Of a stretch of 16,834 nt of DNA, positions 15,079 through 16,834 are shown piece by piece. The notes beneath the pieces were generated by a model that saw nothing but the letters and a program-made list of their open reading frames with translations, had not been told where the DNA came from and made no database searches. The DNA is from Planctomycetota bacterium (lineage in GTDB: Bacteria; Planctomycetota; SZUA-567; H5-PLA8). Each line of letters begins with the position of its first letter. Position 1 is the first letter of the stretch. The position numbers were made by a program, and so were the translations under genes. The stretch spans positions 1-16,834 of the forward strand of contig JBBRPR010000102.1 of NCBI GenBank assembly GCA_038227875.1, in the 5' to 3' direction.

Positions 15079-16834
15079 TTACTTTGAGAGCAGTGCGCCG
15101 GTGGCCTTTACCTTGGATTTGAGGTCGAAGGTTGCGGTGTAGTTCTGGCCGCTGATGCTCACGGTCAGGACGCAGGGGTGGACTCCCGATGCCGTCTTAG
15201 ACAACATGCCCGCCGCTAACCATGCCGATGCCCAGCTGCCTTTCTTGAGCGTGGCTTTGAACGGTACGTTCGCGGGAAGCACCGTTGCAGTGACGCCTTT
15301 TTTAGCTTTGGGCGCTTTGATGGTAAGCGCGAACGAGCCGTTGGCAGAGGCTGACTTCCCGTTCTTATCGAGCGTGAAATTGAAGCTCACGCCGCCGAGT
15401 GTCAATGTCGCGACTTTTCCGGTCAGATTCGATGCCACGAAGTTGGGCAGAATTCCGCTGACCGCGGCGGAATCGGAACCCGTCGTCACGAAGCTTACGG
15501 CGCCTTTGAACTTGCTCAGATTCATGGGGAGCGGAGGTGTCGCGCCGCCGCCACCACCGCCACCCGTGTCCGCGGTGGTGAAGAGCGTCGAAATCGTGTG
15601 GTCGCCAGTCACGTTATTGAACGTGTACGAGGCCACCGCGCCGATGGAAACGCCGTCCACGCTGACATCAGAGATCACGAAACCGGTGTTCGCTGCGATG
15701 GTGAAGGCCTGGCTTGCTCCCGAGGCGAGTGATGTCGCGCCAGTGGGCGAAATTGTTCCGCCCGCGCTGGCTGAGGCGGTGATGGTGTAGTTGACGGCAG
15801 TGACGACCAGTGAGACCGACTTGGTCGCGGCCGTATAGTTCGTGGCGTCGGTCGGCGAGAATGTGACGGTGAGCGTCTGCGTCCCTGCGCCGAGCGCCGT
15901 GCCGCTGACGGGCGTGTATACAAACGTTCCGGGCACGCTGGCCGTGGCGTTGAGCTGCGTGGCGCTTAGCGCCGTGCCGCTGGTGATTGCTGCGGGATTG
16001 GACCAGGTGAGGATGGGGGTAACTTTGTTCACGACGATCGTGACGCTCGCCGTCGCGTTGGCGTAGGTTGCCGTATCGGCGGGAGTAAACGTGACCGCCA
16101 GCGTCTGCGTTCCGGCATTCAGCACCGTGCCGGAGGCCGGGGTGTAAATAAACGTTCCTGGCACGCTGGACGTCGCATTGAGCTGCGTGGAGCTCAAGGC
16201 GGTGCCGTAGTTAATTGCGACGGGAGCGGCCCACGCGATGGTCGGCGTAATCAAGTTGGCGACCGTAAGTGTGCCCGCGACGTACGTGACGGAGTAATTT
16301 GCAGCGACGGCGCCGCTGGCGGTGATTGGATATGTTCCCGCGGGACTGCCGGCCGTGGCGGTCGTGGCCAGCGTGGGAGATGTGCTCAAGCTGGCGGACG
16401 TGTCTCCGTTAACGAATCCGGAATAGCTGACCGTCAGGGCGGGCAGAGCTGCACCCACCGTCTTCGTTTTTGAATCGGCCGTGATCGTTAGAGCTGCCTT
16501 GTTCACGGCGAGCGTGGCCGTCTTCGTTGTAGAACTGTAGTCCGTCGCGTCGGTCGGCGTGAAGGTGACTGACAGCGTCTGCGCGCCCGCGCCGAGCACC
16601 GTGCCGCTGGCCGATGTGTAAACGAATGTTCCCGGCACGCTGGCCGTGGCGTTGAGTTGCGTGGCGCTCAGCGCGGTGCCGTAGGTGATCGCGGCGGGAT
16701 TGGCCCAGGTGATTATCGGCGTGGCCTTGTTCACGGTCAGTGAAACGGACTGCGTCGAGGTCGTGAAGTCGGTCGCGTCGGTGGGTGTGAACGTCACAGA
16801 CAGAGTCTGCGCACCGGCTCCGAGCACCGCGCCG
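15079..16834 (-). CDS. Large surface/secreted repeat protein, C-terminal part (5' end outside window): ~76-aa Ig-like repeats, MBG domain, bacterial repeat domain, Gly linker, basic C-terminal domain
   Basis: The frame is open to the window edge. TPxIxWxxPAAIxxGTALSxTQLNATxSVPGTFxY...QTLxVTFxPxD occurs as three full copies and one partial; AALTITADSKTKTVGAALPALTVSYSGFVNGD...GTYPITASG...NYSVTYVAGTLTV is MBG-like; YTITASASAGGTISP...YTFNNVTGDHTI is a bacterial repeat unit. Confidence 0.88.
   Translation of the reverse strand, partial: GAVLGAGAQTLSVTFTPTDATDFTTSTQSVSLTVNKATPIITWANPAAITYGTALSATQLNATASVPGTFVYTSASGTVLGAGAQTLSVTFTPTDATDYSSTTKTATLAVNKAALTITADSKTKTVGAALPALTVSYSGFVNGDTSASLSTSPTLATTATAGSPAGTYPITASGAVAANYSVTYVAGTLTVANLITPTIAWAAPVAINYGTALSSTQLNATSSVPGTFIYTPASGTVLNAGTQTLAVTFTPADTATYANATASVTIVVNKVTPILTWSNPAAITSGTALSATQLNATASVPGTFVYTPVSGTALGAGTQTLTVTFSPTDATNYTAATKSVSLVVTAVNYTITASASAGGTISPTGATSLASGASQAFTIAANTGFVISDVSVDGVSIGAVASYTFNNVTGDHTISTLFTTADTGGGGGGGATPPLPMNLSKFKGAVSFVTTGSDSAAVSGILPNFVASNLTGKVATLTLGGVSFNFTLDKNGKSASANGSFALTIKAPKAKKGVTATVLPANVPFKATLKKGSWASAWLAAGMLSKTASGVHPCVLTVSISGQNYTATFDLKSKVKATGALLSK
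15800..16834 (-). repeat. Intragenic ~228-bp coding repeats
   Basis: Near-identical DNA, e.g. ggcacgctggccgtggcgttgag at ~15932 and ~16634, with a more diverged copy at ~16160; these encode the Ig-like units. Confidence 0.8.

Overview
GC-rich bacterial chromosomal window. The gene types and the membrane-extended ECF sigma factor suggest Planctomycetota or a related PVC lineage (inference). From left to right: (1) a non-coding 5' region with a 10-bp-period tandem array, two REP-like hairpins and operator-like repeats; (2) two tandem modules, each a GntR-HTH/LacI-sensor regulator followed by a large secreted protein (DNRLRE-like plus thioredoxin fusion; FlgD-Ig/NHL beta-propeller); (3) minus-strand genes for a cupin, an RtcB RNA ligase with a long structured leader, and a low-GC DUF4262-like protein; (4) a probable three-gene operon of a membrane-tethered ECF sigma factor, a FeeM-type N-acyl amino acid synthase and a VAO/PCMH-family (FeeG/CndG-like) flavoprotein; (5) tRNA-Ser(UGA); (6) the 3' part of a large repeat/MBG surface protein running off the window. 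The best leads are the ECF-FeeM-FeeG-like operon (a possible N-acyl-tyrosine/enamide signalling module), the rtcB leader RNA, the 10-bp phased array and the basic C-terminal domain of the surface protein. All family calls come from motif recognition by eye; no database searches or folding programs were run.
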